Shown here piece after piece: positions 25,476 to 35,821 of a stretch of DNA of 64,000 bases. The stretch comes from Candidatus Multivorans sp. (GTDB lineage: Bacteria > Acidobacteriota > Thermoanaerobaculia > Multivoradales > Multivoraceae). The notes beneath the pieces are model-generated. The model was not told where the DNA came from and ran no database searches. It saw only the letters and a program-made list of their open reading frames with translations. Position 1 is the stretch's first letter; each line of letters begins with the position of its first letter. Made by a program: the position numbers and the translations under genes. The stretch is from NCBI GenBank assembly GCA_965224025.1, contig OZ245033.1:2016001-2080000 (forward strand). The letters are read 5' to 3'.

Positions 25476-26939
25476 ATGAAGCGGAACACGAAGAGACACC
25501 GCGGAGCCTTCCCCGGGAACCCGGGTGGCGCGATCCGCGCCACCCGCGAACCATCCCGTGCGCGCGTTCTCGGGCGCACGGGATGGCACCCGGGCATCCT
25601 GCCCGCATCCGGCGGCAGGCCGGTCCGTGTCCAGCCGAGGTATCGCTTCCTCTTCTTCTCCGCAGTGGTGCTGCTCGTTTCGGCTGCTCCGGCCTTTGCT
25701 CAGACAACCGTCCTCACCAACGCCACGGTCATCGACGCCACCGGCGCGCCGCCGATCGAGGACGCCGCGGTGGTCATCGAGGGCAGCCGGATCACGGCGA
25801 TCCACACGCCGTCGTCCTCGGCGCCGGATCCTGGCGATGACGCTCGGGTCATCGACCTGGGCGGCGCCTACGTCCTGCCAGGCCTGTGGAACAACCACTC
25901 GCATCTCGGCGACCTGCACCCCGATCCGAAGGGGCTGCTGCCGGACGAACCGCTGTTGCGCGCCATGATCCGCGCCGGCCGAAACGCGATGGACGCACTC
26001 AAGGGCGGTTTCACCACGCTGCGGATCACCGGCGAACGGGACTTCATGGACGTGGCCTGGAAGCAGGCGTTCGATTCCGGCGTGTTCGTCGGACCGCGGA
26101 TCGTTGCCGGCGGCCCGCCGCTTTCGACCGATGGGGACACGGACTGGCTCGTCAGGACCGGCAAGGGACTGGAGGGCATCCGCGCGGTGGTCGCCGACAA
26201 CATCGCAAACGGCGCGCAGCTCATCAAGTTCCTCGGCAGCCGGATGCCGCCCGAGCAGTTGATCGCCGGTATCGAGGAGGCCCACCGGCACGGCATCCCG
26301 GTCACCGTCCACGCAGGCGACGAGACGACCCGGATCGCGGTCATGGCCGGCGCCGAGAGCATCGAGCACGGCAACGATCTCTCCGACGACACGATCCGGA
26401 TGATGGCCGAGGCGGGGACGTTCCTCGACCCGACGATCCAGTGCAACCTGAGCACCGAGTTCATCGCCGAGCGGGAACGGCTGATCGCGGAAGCGGGCTA
26501 CATCGATCCGCCCGAGGTCGTCGAAGGCCGGGTGCGGGTTTCCCACGCCGACGAGCGGAGCCACGAGCGGGCGGAGCTGGCCCGCGACGTGATCAACAAG
26601 GCGTATGCCGCGGGCGTGCGGCTGACCACCGGCAGCGACTCGAATCCGATCTCGGAGATCGGCATCCTGGAGATCGAGCAGCTCGCGTTCCACGGCATCC
26701 CGGAGATGGGCGCCATCCAGGCCGCGACCCGCAACAGCGCGGAGATGATGGGAATGCTCGACGACCTGGGCACGGTGGAGGCCGGCAAGCTCGCCGACCT
26801 GATCGTGCTCGAGAAGAACCCGCTCGAGCACATCTCGCACATGCGCAGCCTGTCCATGGTGATCAAGGACGGCAAGATCGTGAATCGCTCGAGAGACGAG
26901 GGGCAGGCGAGTTTCTGGGAGCTCTATCTGCAGGACTGA
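25476..26939 (+). CDS. Metal-dependent amidohydrolase, paralog of upstream gene
   Basis: AAGGAGG RBS; LPGLWNNHSH, IEHG, GSDS, GKLADLIV. Confidence 0.88.
   Translation: MKRNTKRHRGAFPGNPGGAIRATREPSRARVLGRTGWHPGILPASGGRPVRVQPRYRFLFFSAVVLLVSAAPAFAQTTVLTNATVIDATGAPPIEDAAVVIEGSRITAIHTPSSSAPDPGDDARVIDLGGAYVLPGLWNNHSHLGDLHPDPKGLLPDEPLLRAMIRAGRNAMDALKGGFTTLRITGERDFMDVAWKQAFDSGVFVGPRIVAGGPPLSTDGDTDWLVRTGKGLEGIRAVVADNIANGAQLIKFLGSRMPPEQLIAGIEEAHRHGIPVTVHAGDETTRIAVMAGAESIEHGNDLSDDTIRMMAEAGTFLDPTIQCNLSTEFIAERERLIAEAGYIDPPEVVEGRVRVSHADERSHERAELARDVINKAYAAGVRLTTGSDSNPISEIGILEIEQLAFHGIPEMGAIQAATRNSAEMMGMLDDLGTVEAGKLADLIVLEKNPLEHISHMRSLSMVIKDGKIVNRSRDEGQASFWELYLQD
25512..25612. repeat. ~100-bp composite palindromic repeat (copy at 29011-29111)
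   Basis: GGGAAC-[GTGGCGCG..CGCGCCAC]-[CCGTGCGC..GCGCACGG]-CGGGCATCCTGCCCGCATCCGG. Confidence 0.8.
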
Positions 26940-26966
26940 TCGGAAGACACCAAGGAGGAGAGTCTC

Positions 26967-28355
26967 ATGAGGCAATTCAAGACGTTGCGAGGAGCTTGCG
27001 CGGCGGAAACTGGGTGCGCCGGCGCCCCCGCCGGCATCCGGTGCGAAGCGTCGGCCTTCTGTAGTTCTGCCGCCGTAGCGCTAGCGGTTGCCGCCGGCTG
27101 CTTACTTCTGATCGCCTGCGGGTCCACCGAACTCGTCACTCTGCCGGAGATCGACACCTCCGGTTCGCCGGACGGCATCGTCGACCTTCCCGCCGACGCG
27201 CCCGAGGTGTTCCACAAGTACTTCGACCGGTACGCCTGGTTCCCGACGCCGGACGGCAGGCGGATCCACTTCCTCGTCTCGAGCGGCTGGACCCGCGACC
27301 AGATCAAGCACGGCCTCAACGTGATGGAGCATCTGCTGGCGGACCACCCGGGCTCGGTCTACGGCGACGACAAGTCCGGGATCGCCGTGGCGATGGCGGA
27401 CCGCAAGGCGACGATGGTGTTCTTCGACACGGAGGACGACCTGCGCCAGGCGATGAGCGAGGGACTGGCCGACGCGACGGATCTCAGCATGCAGGACCTG
27501 CGCGCGAACGAATGTCCGGCCCCGGGCGACGCGGACTACATGGGTCATGTGACCAGGGACGCCGCCTACGAGGAGATCTGGCACCTGATCCACGACTACG
27601 GGATCAAGCCGACCCTCACTTCGATGATCGCCGAGATGAGGACGGCGAACGACGAAGCGGCGACCAAGAGCTGGTACGCGTGGCCCCGTGACGTGCCGGA
27701 CGACCATCCGAACGAGTACATGGGCGCCCTGATCGACAACTACTACGACCTCTGGACGGTGCCGCCGACCGTGTACGAGGGGCGCGACATCGCGCCCGAC
27801 GAGATTCCCGAGGGATACTCCCACTTCGGGCAGTACTTCGCGGGCAGTCGCGCGGCCATGCCGGAGAAGGACCCGCTCGGCTACGCGTTGGTCACGAACT
27901 TCGTCGGGCCGTATCTGACCTACACGCCGGAACTGCCGCTGGACTTCAGCGGCACGTTCTCGATGACGTTCGCCCCGGAGGTGCGGTACACGATGAAGAC
28001 CCAGCATCTGCGGAACGTCGCGCTCACCGGCGACGGCGACGCGGACCTGCGCGGCAACGCTCACGACAATGTGCTCACCGGCAACGGCGGCGCCAACCGG
28101 CTCGAGGGCGGCGGCGGCAACGACATGCTTGACGGCGGCGACGGCGACGACACGGCGGTCTTCTCGGCCCCGGCGGCCGAGTACGAAGTCGCCGCCGGTG
28201 AGGACGGAGTGACGGTGACCGACTCGCAGCCGGACCGCGACGGGACGGACACGCTGCGAGCGGTTGAGTTCCTGCAGTTCAGCGATGCCCTCGTGGACCA
28301 GGTGGGCGGTCGGGTCTGGGAGCGCGGCGTGCAACTGGACCAGCCGGAACAGTAG
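26967..28355 (+). CDS. Lipoprotein with EEIWH zincin-like domain and RTX/hemolysin-type Ca-binding repeats
   Basis: LIAC lipobox; AAYEEIWHLIH; GNGGANRLEGGGGNDMLDGGDGDD; DGTDTLRAVEFLQFSD. Confidence 0.75.
   Translation: MRQFKTLRGACAAETGCAGAPAGIRCEASAFCSSAAVALAVAAGCLLLIACGSTELVTLPEIDTSGSPDGIVDLPADAPEVFHKYFDRYAWFPTPDGRRIHFLVSSGWTRDQIKHGLNVMEHLLADHPGSVYGDDKSGIAVAMADRKATMVFFDTEDDLRQAMSEGLADATDLSMQDLRANECPAPGDADYMGHVTRDAAYEEIWHLIHDYGIKPTLTSMIAEMRTANDEAATKSWYAWPRDVPDDHPNEYMGALIDNYYDLWTVPPTVYEGRDIAPDEIPEGYSHFGQYFAGSRAAMPEKDPLGYALVTNFVGPYLTYTPELPLDFSGTFSMTFAPEVRYTMKTQHLRNVALTGDGDADLRGNAHDNVLTGNGGANRLEGGGGNDMLDGGDGDDTAVFSAPAAEYEVAAGEDGVTVTDSQPDRDGTDTLRAVEFLQFSDALVDQVGGRVWERGVQLDQPEQ
27010..27035 (-). 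repeat. REP-like unit (GCCGGCGGGGGCGCCGGCGCACCCAG)
   Basis: Matches the IS target family; lies in the 5' coding region. Confidence 0.8.
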
Positions 28356-28386
28356 GTGCCGGGGAGGTGTTGGATACCGTTGCGGT

Positions 28387-28986
28387 ATGCAGGAACGAAA
28401 CGGACGACTCGCGCAGCAGATGCGCTTTCTGGTCGAAGCCGACCGGCTCAAGCAGGTACTGCGGCGCACCTCGATCGTCGGCAACGAGCGCCGAGAGAAC
28501 TCGGCGGAGCACTCGTGGCATGTGACGTTGATGGCGCTGGTGCTGTCCGAGCACGCGGCCGCTTCGGGACTCGATCAGCTCAAGGTGCTGAAGATGCTGA
28601 TCGTCCACGATCTGGTCGAAATCGACGCGGGCGACACGTTCGTCTACGACAAGGTGGGCCTCGAGGACCAGGAGGAGCGCGAAGAGCGGGCGGCGGAGCG
28701 GATCTTCGGGCTGCTGCCGGCCGAGAGCGGGGCCGAACTGCGCGCCGTCTGGGACGAGTTCGAGGCACGCCGGAGTCCCGAGGCGAAGTTCGCGAGGGCG
28801 CTGGACCGCCTGCAGCCGATGGTGCTCAACTACATCAACGGCGGCGGGCCGTGGCAGGAGCACGGCATCCGGGCCGACCAGGTACGGGAGATCAACGGCT
28901 GCATCGAGGACGGCGCGCCCGAACTGTGGCGCTACGCCGAGGAACTGATCGAAGACGCCGTCAAGCGCGAACTGCTTGCACCGTAG
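28387..28986 (+). CDS. HD-domain phosphohydrolase (HD_3/HDDC2-like)
   Basis: LKQVLRR, ENSAEHSWH, VHDLVEIDAGD, DRLQP. Confidence 0.9.
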   Translation: MQERNGRLAQQMRFLVEADRLKQVLRRTSIVGNERRENSAEHSWHVTLMALVLSEHAAASGLDQLKVLKMLIVHDLVEIDAGDTFVYDKVGLEDQEEREERAAERIFGLLPAESGAELRAVWDEFEARRSPEAKFARALDRLQPMVLNYINGGGPWQEHGIRADQVREINGCIEDGAPELWRYAEELIEDAVKRELLAP

Positions 28987-29010
28987 GAGCGTGCGCCGCA
29001 GAACGGTCTG

Positions 29011-29111
29011 GCCTGGGAACCCGTGTGGCGCGACCCGCGCCACACGCGAACCACTCCGTGCGCCCGTCATCGGGCGCACGGATGGCACGCGGGCATCCTG
29101 CCCGCATCCGG
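29011..29111. repeat. ~100-bp composite palindromic repeat (copy at 25512-25612)
   Basis: Same hairpin series; intergenic here. Confidence 0.8.
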
Positions 29112-29190
29112 CGCGAAGCGGCGGCCTCTGGGAGTTCTACCGCCCACGCTGCCAAGTCCGTCGGACGAAGAACTGCCGGGAGGACGAACC

Positions 29191-31332
29191 ATGAACGCTC
29201 GTTGTCTGCCGTTGAGTTGTCTGATCGTCGCCGCCTGCGCCGTTGCGCCCGAGGAAGATCCGGCGGGCGGCGAGATCGCCTGGGTCAAGAAGGTGATGGT
29301 CCACGGCGTGCCGATCTACGCCACGAACACGACGGGCGACGACAAGCTCCTGCACGCCGCGGGCGTCCTGGCCCAGTTCCTCGACAACGACGAGGACGGC
29401 GAAATCGACAACCCGAAGATGCACCAGGCGATGCTGGACACCGCCGGCACGATCGTCATGACCGGCACGCAGGACGAGGCGCACGAGATGGACTGGGCCA
29501 ACGCGCCTCGGGGCCAGGGTCTCTACGACGAAGAGACCGAAATCGACGCTCGGGCGCGCGGCGTGTTCGACATCGCGCTTGAAGAGATCTGGCACATGGT
29601 TTCGGACAACGGCTACGGCGTGGCCTACCCCGACGTGTTCGGGACGGAGCCGGGCACGGCACTCACCGACGCGATGGACATAGCCCGCGGCGGACGCTTC
29701 GATGGCCCGCCCGACGAGTACCCCGAGGGCGCCTGGTACACCTACGACGACGAGACCTGCGACTACGGCTGCATGGCGTCGGAGTACATCTACTGGGTGT
29801 ACACGTCGTTCATCGGTGCCCAGGACCTGCCGGGACGGCTCGACCAGATCGGCCACGAGTGGCCGCTCAACACGCCCGAGAAGCTGCAGGAGGGAGAGCC
29901 GGTCCTGTACGAGATCCTGAGCAACCCCGAATACAGGATCCCGATGGTCATTCCGGACGGCACGTACGACAGCGCGCCTTTGGAGATCGAGCCATACACC
30001 TTCCGCTCCCCCTACGAAGCGGCGAACCGGAAGGTCCGTCGCGACAAGTTCGATCTCGTTCTCCCGGAGATCATGAGGGAGCGCGGCGTGGACATGTGGA
30101 TCCACGTGATGCGGGAGTCGATCCCCGACTCGTTCGGGATCGACGAACTGGGCAGCGCCTCGGGCGTCTTCGTGTTCACGGACCGGGGCGATCGGATCGA
30201 GCGGGCCGTTCTCGGACGGCGCTGGGGCGCCACCCAACGCGGCTGGGGTGAGACGGACTACCGGTACGTCGAGCAGAGCGGCGCCTACGACATCGTGGCC
30301 CCGGCGGTCCGCGTCCAGGAGCCGGTCGGCGGCCCGTTGACGGAGTACGACTACCGCTTCGAGGGGCTCAGGGACTTCGTCGCCGAGCGCGACCCGGACG
30401 TCATCGCGGTCAACTTCAAGCACAAGCTGGGCCCGTGGCCGACCTACCGGGGCGAGATCGACGGCCTCTCGCACACCGACTACCTGTTGCTTTCCGAGGA
30501 ACTCGGCGAGACGTACGCGAGCCGGCTGACCTCGTCCGAGTGGCTGATGTTGGACTACACCAACCATCAGGTGCCGAGCGAGGTGGAACTGCTCAAGCGC
30601 ATGCGACGCGACGAGATCTGGCTGTTCGAGAACGCGTTGGACGCGATCGAGCCGGGTGCAACCAGGATCGACGAGACCGAACTGACGATCATGCGACGCA
30701 TGCGAACCGGTCAGTCGCAGCGCGGCCGCAGCGACGGCTGGGAGGATGCCGTCGTCCAGGGCGGCGACATCGTGACGAACCCGAGTATCGGCATGTATGC
30801 CTACGTGCTACGCGACGGCGAAACGGAGCCGCCGCCGGAGATCCAGGAGCTCTGGGCCGAGTACCTGCGGGTCGACGCGATCCTGGCGGAGACGATCAAG
30901 GCGGGCCTCACACCGCGCGAGATCATCCGCGACTACACACAGAAGTTCGAGGAAGCCGGGATCGTCGTGCGAGACAACCAGCTCCACATGGTGTCAGCCA
31001 AGAACGACTTCCCGGCCTACGCCGCCGGCTTCGATGCCACGAAGACCCACATCTCGATCGACTCCCACGGACAGACGAAGGGCACCCGGCCCCGGTCGGT
31101 CGAGACCTACTTCGGCCCCCGGATCGGCTCCCTGGGCCCGGACTGGTCGAGAGACATCCCGCTCGCTCCCTACCACCACTTCGTCATCGAGTACTTCTTC
31201 TACATGCCTTCGCCGGCACCCGAGGGAGAGGACCAGTACTTGCTCTGGTGGGACCATGAAGAGGCGCTCGCCACCGAGGACGGCATCGAGTACCTGTCGC
31301 CGCCCCAGACGGAACTGATCCTGGTCCGGTAG
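29191..31332 (+). CDS. Lipoprotein: EEIWH zincin-like domain fused to an Xaa-Pro aminopeptidase (M24)-like domain
   Basis: GGAGGA RBS, VAAC lipobox, ALEEIWHMV; KFDLVLPEIMRERGVDMWI...RE and AYVLRDGETEPP typical of this M24-like group. Confidence 0.7.
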   Translation: MNARCLPLSCLIVAACAVAPEEDPAGGEIAWVKKVMVHGVPIYATNTTGDDKLLHAAGVLAQFLDNDEDGEIDNPKMHQAMLDTAGTIVMTGTQDEAHEMDWANAPRGQGLYDEETEIDARARGVFDIALEEIWHMVSDNGYGVAYPDVFGTEPGTALTDAMDIARGGRFDGPPDEYPEGAWYTYDDETCDYGCMASEYIYWVYTSFIGAQDLPGRLDQIGHEWPLNTPEKLQEGEPVLYEILSNPEYRIPMVIPDGTYDSAPLEIEPYTFRSPYEAANRKVRRDKFDLVLPEIMRERGVDMWIHVMRESIPDSFGIDELGSASGVFVFTDRGDRIERAVLGRRWGATQRGWGETDYRYVEQSGAYDIVAPAVRVQEPVGGPLTEYDYRFEGLRDFVAERDPDVIAVNFKHKLGPWPTYRGEIDGLSHTDYLLLSEELGETYASRLTSSEWLMLDYTNHQVPSEVELLKRMRRDEIWLFENALDAIEPGATRIDETELTIMRRMRTGQSQRGRSDGWEDAVVQGGDIVTNPSIGMYAYVLRDGETEPPPEIQELWAEYLRVDAILAETIKAGLTPREIIRDYTQKFEEAGIVVRDNQLHMVSAKNDFPAYAAGFDATKTHISIDSHGQTKGTRPRSVETYFGPRIGSLGPDWSRDIPLAPYHHFVIEYFFYMPSPAPEGEDQYLLWWDHEEALATEDGIEYLSPPQTELILVR

Positions 31333-31347
31333 CCACTGGGAGGCCCA

Positions 31348-31486
31348 CTGGATGCGCCGGCGTCCTCGCCGGCTGCCGCCGCAGGCGGCCAGGAACACGC
31401 GCCGGCCGACGGCCGGCACCTTCGCTTCGCGGCGGCGCCCGGATGCCGGCGAGGACGCCGGCGCACCCAGTTTGTGGCGCACCCAG
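31348..31486. repeat. REPIN-like unit between convergent genes (REPs 31348-31373 minus, 31445-31470 plus, extra GGCGCACCCAG)
   Basis: Shares REPs and internal hairpins with 9251-9402. Confidence 0.85.
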
Positions 31487-31491
31487 TCTTT

Positions 31492-32970
31492 TCAGACCAG
31501 CAGCTTCTCCAGCCGCGCGACCACGTCCGGCTTGGCGGCCGCGATGTTCTCGTCCTCCCACGGGTCCGCCTCGACGTCGTACAGCTCCTTCTCTTCCCGG
31601 AAGCCGTCCACCAGCTTGTAGCGATGGTCCTGGACGACCCGCAACCGGCCGGTCGCCGCGTTCCCCGAGTTGAGCGCCGAGCGGATGTGCTCGCGGTGCT
31701 CGCCCTTACCGGAGTCGAGAAGCGGCCGCAGCGACCGGCTCTGCATCTCCTCGGGAACGGCGGTCTCGGCGAAGGCGATGCTGGTTGCCGCCAGGTCCAT
31801 GTTGGTGACAAGGGCGTCGCTGCGCGTGCCGGCGGCGATGCCGGGGCCAGCCATGACCATGGGGACTCTCCAGGAAGCCTCGTGGGGAAGCCCCTTGCCC
31901 CAGTAGTCGTGGTCGCCGAGCATCTCGCCGTGGTCGCTGGTGTAGATGACGATCGTGTCGTCGAGCTCGCCGCGCTCTTCGAGCCGCGCCTCGTAGAGCC
32001 CGATCCAGCGGTCGATGTTCTCGATCATCGCCGCGTAGTTCTGGCGGATGCGGAGGTGGTGCTCAGGCGTGAACGGGGATGGCGGCGCGAGCATTTGTCC
32101 AACGCGGGCGATGCCGTGGTAGTTGTGCGGTTGCGGGAAGTCCTCGATCACCCGGTCCGGCCCCCGGTACTCCCGCTCCATGCGCTCCGTGATGTCCATC
32201 GGCGGGTGCGGCCCGTTGAAGTTCACGATCAGGAACCAGGGGTTACCGTCCGGGACGCCGTCGAGGAGTTCCATCCCGGTACGGGCCGTGTAGTTGTCCT
32301 TGTAGGCATGGTCGCCGATCGGCGTCGGGTCCGTCATGCCCCACCAGTTGACGTGCCGGGGCAGCCGCCGCTTGCTGATGTCCGCGTTGTGGATGTCCTT
32401 GAGCGGCGGGTCGAGCGAGTCGAGCCAGAACCCGTAGGGCTCCGTGTCTCCACCGTTCTTGCCGCCGGTGATCAGCATGTCGGAGAAGCCCCACTCCTCC
32501 ATGTGCAGCTTGCCGTCGGGCCGCCGGCCGGCGGGACCCTTGTGCAGGTCGATCTTCCCGCAGGCCATCGTGTGGTAGCCGCTGTCGTGCAGGTGCTTGT
32601 AGAAGGTCGGCCGAAGCGCCGCGTTGTACTCGTCGCGGTTCCGCGCCACGGTGCAGTTCTCGTACTCCATGCCGGACGCCAGACAGGACCGGGAGGGCCC
32701 GCACACCGGCGATGACACGATCGCCCGGGTGAAGTCGGCGCCACGTGCCGCCAGGGCGTCGAGGTGCGGGGTGGGAACCGGAATGTCCGGGTTGCGCCCC
32801 ACCCAATCGAACCGGTGCTGATCCGAGATGAGTAGCAGGATGTTCGGCCGCCTGATCGCGCGCGGCCCCGGAGTCTGCGCGTCGCCGCAGCCGGTGAGGG
32901 CGGCCGCGGTTGCCGCGGCGCCTCCAGCCAGAACCTCGCGGCGGGAGAGAAGGGGTTTGCAACTGTTCAT
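31492..32970 (-). CDS. Tat-exported sulfatase (choline-sulfatase-like)
   Basis: SRREVL Tat motif, PNILLLISDQH, CGPSR, GKIDLH, GPHPP, SDHGEMLGDH. Confidence 0.9.
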   Translation of the reverse strand: MNSCKPLLSRREVLAGGAAATAAALTGCGDAQTPGPRAIRRPNILLLISDQHRFDWVGRNPDIPVPTPHLDALAARGADFTRAIVSSPVCGPSRSCLASGMEYENCTVARNRDEYNAALRPTFYKHLHDSGYHTMACGKIDLHKGPAGRRPDGKLHMEEWGFSDMLITGGKNGGDTEPYGFWLDSLDPPLKDIHNADISKRRLPRHVNWWGMTDPTPIGDHAYKDNYTARTGMELLDGVPDGNPWFLIVNFNGPHPPMDITERMEREYRGPDRVIEDFPQPHNYHGIARVGQMLAPPSPFTPEHHLRIRQNYAAMIENIDRWIGLYEARLEERGELDDTIVIYTSDHGEMLGDHDYWGKGLPHEASWRVPMVMAGPGIAAGTRSDALVTNMDLAATSIAFAETAVPEEMQSRSLRPLLDSGKGEHREHIRSALNSGNAATGRLRVVQDHRYKLVDGFREEKELYDVEADPWEDENIAAAKPDVVARLEKLLV

Positions 32971-33087
32971 GCCGACTCCTTGCCTTGGCAGCTACGGTCT
33001 GTCTATTCTTGTTGGAACTTCTTACAACGTTAGCAGACGGTAGTCGTGTCTCGTTGGAGTGCGACGCCGGCGCGGGAGGTAAGCGGC

Positions 33088-34557
33088 ATGAGCGACAAGA
33101 GCACCCGGCGCGACTTCCTGCGCCAGTCGACCCTGGTCGCCGGCAGCAGTCTGGCGGGGTTCGCCGCCTGTGCCGATCCGAACTCCCCGACGCCGGCCGA
33201 CGCCGCCGGACGCCGGCCGAACTTCCTGTTCTTCTTTCCCGATCAGCACCGGTACGACTGGATCGGTCTCGACGACTACGCAGTGCCGCTGTCGACGCCG
33301 AACATGGAGCGTCTCGCGCGGACCGGAGTGAACTTCACGTCCGCGGTGTGCGCGGCGCCGACTTGCGCTCCCTCGCGGTCGTGCCTCGCCTCAGGCATGG
33401 AATACGACCGCTGCGGCGTGCCCGACAACCAGTACGACTATCCGGTCGATCGGGCGACCTACTACGGTCTGCTCCGCGACAGCGGCTACCACACGATGGC
33501 CTGCGGCAAGCTCGATCTGTCGAAGGGGAGCAGCGACTGGGGGCTCGACGGAACGAACCGCGCGGACGCCTGGGGTTTCTCCGCGATGATCAACAACGCC
33601 GGCAAGGGCGCCGGCATGTCCTACCTGCGGGCGCCGGTCGGTCCCAGCGACCCGTACTACGCCTTCCTGGACGCCCTCGATCCGCCGCAGGGGCGGATCT
33701 GCGCCGAGGACATGGCTCGGCGCAACGCCAGCAGGCCGGACGGTTGGTGGGGAGATGCCAGCCCTTCACCGCTTGGTCCGGAGGCGTACTGCGACAACTG
33801 GCTCGCTCGGAACGGCCTCGACCTGCTCGAACAGGCGCCCGCGGACAAGCCGTGGCACCTGGTGGTGAACTTCGTGGGTCCACACCCGCCGATGGACATT
33901 ACGCGGGAGATGGAGCGCAAGGTGCGCGGTCCCGAGCGCGTCCTCGACGGACTCGGGCTGCCGCACCACTACACGGGCTCGTTTAGGGCCGAGCAGCACC
34001 TGGGCTCGCGGCAGAACTACGCCGCGATGATCGAGAACGTCGACATGTGGCTGGGCCGATACATCGATTGGCTGGAGGAGAAGGGGCAGCTCGAGAACAC
34101 GATCATCGTCTACTCCTCCGATCACGGCGAGATGCTCGGCGAGCATGGCCGCTGGGGCAAGGGGGTGCCGTACCGGGCATCCGTGGGCGTGCCGCTGCTC
34201 CTGGCGGGACCCGGAGTCCGGCAAGGCTTCCAGACCGGCGCGCCGGTCTCGATCATGGACCTCGCGGCGACCTTCCTCGACTACGGCGGCGTAGACGTCC
34301 CGGCGGAGATGGATAGCCGCTCGCTCCGGCCGTTGCTCGAAGGCGTGACCGACAACCACCGCGAGGTCGTGCTCTCCGGCCTGCGGGATTTCCGCATGGC
34401 TTGGGACGGCCGCTACAAGCTGGTCCGCGACTACGGCGACGAAGAGTGGCGGCTGTGGGACCTTCTGGCCGACCCCGAGGAGTCGCGGAACCTGGCTTCA
34501 TGGCAGCCGGACCAGGTACGGCGGCTGAGGGAGTGGTTGCCGCGGCGGCGGGCCTGA
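33088..34557 (+). CDS. Tat-exported sulfatase, divergent paralog
   Basis: TRRDFL, PDQHR, CAPSRSCLASG, SDHGEMLGEH. Confidence 0.9.
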   Translation: MSDKSTRRDFLRQSTLVAGSSLAGFAACADPNSPTPADAAGRRPNFLFFFPDQHRYDWIGLDDYAVPLSTPNMERLARTGVNFTSAVCAAPTCAPSRSCLASGMEYDRCGVPDNQYDYPVDRATYYGLLRDSGYHTMACGKLDLSKGSSDWGLDGTNRADAWGFSAMINNAGKGAGMSYLRAPVGPSDPYYAFLDALDPPQGRICAEDMARRNASRPDGWWGDASPSPLGPEAYCDNWLARNGLDLLEQAPADKPWHLVVNFVGPHPPMDITREMERKVRGPERVLDGLGLPHHYTGSFRAEQHLGSRQNYAAMIENVDMWLGRYIDWLEEKGQLENTIIVYSSDHGEMLGEHGRWGKGVPYRASVGVPLLLAGPGVRQGFQTGAPVSIMDLAATFLDYGGVDVPAEMDSRSLRPLLEGVTDNHREVVLSGLRDFRMAWDGRYKLVRDYGDEEWRLWDLLADPEESRNLASWQPDQVRRLREWLPRRRA

Positions 34558-34737
34558 GTGTCCGAGACCTCGCTTCGATCCTGGCGGCCGATGCGATTGA
34601 CCGAACGCCGTCGACACGGCGGGCTGCTCCCTGGGGGAAGCGGTGGCTCAAGCCGAGGCGAGGGTCCGCGAGGCGCTTGGTCGGTGAGTTGAGTCGCGCA
34701 GGAACTGCGTGAAGTTCCCGGTTGCGCCTTACGCTTC

Positions 34738-34768
34738 CCGATGCGGGCAGGATGCCCGCGTTCCCAGG
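34738..34768. repeat. REP-like unit GCGGGCAGGATGCCCGCGTTCCCAGG
   Basis: Reverse-complement relative of the 33-bp unit at 20188. Confidence 0.75.
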
Positions 34769-34773
34769 AGCGG

Positions 34774-35820
<1,047 letters not shown>

Positions 35821-35821
35821 T

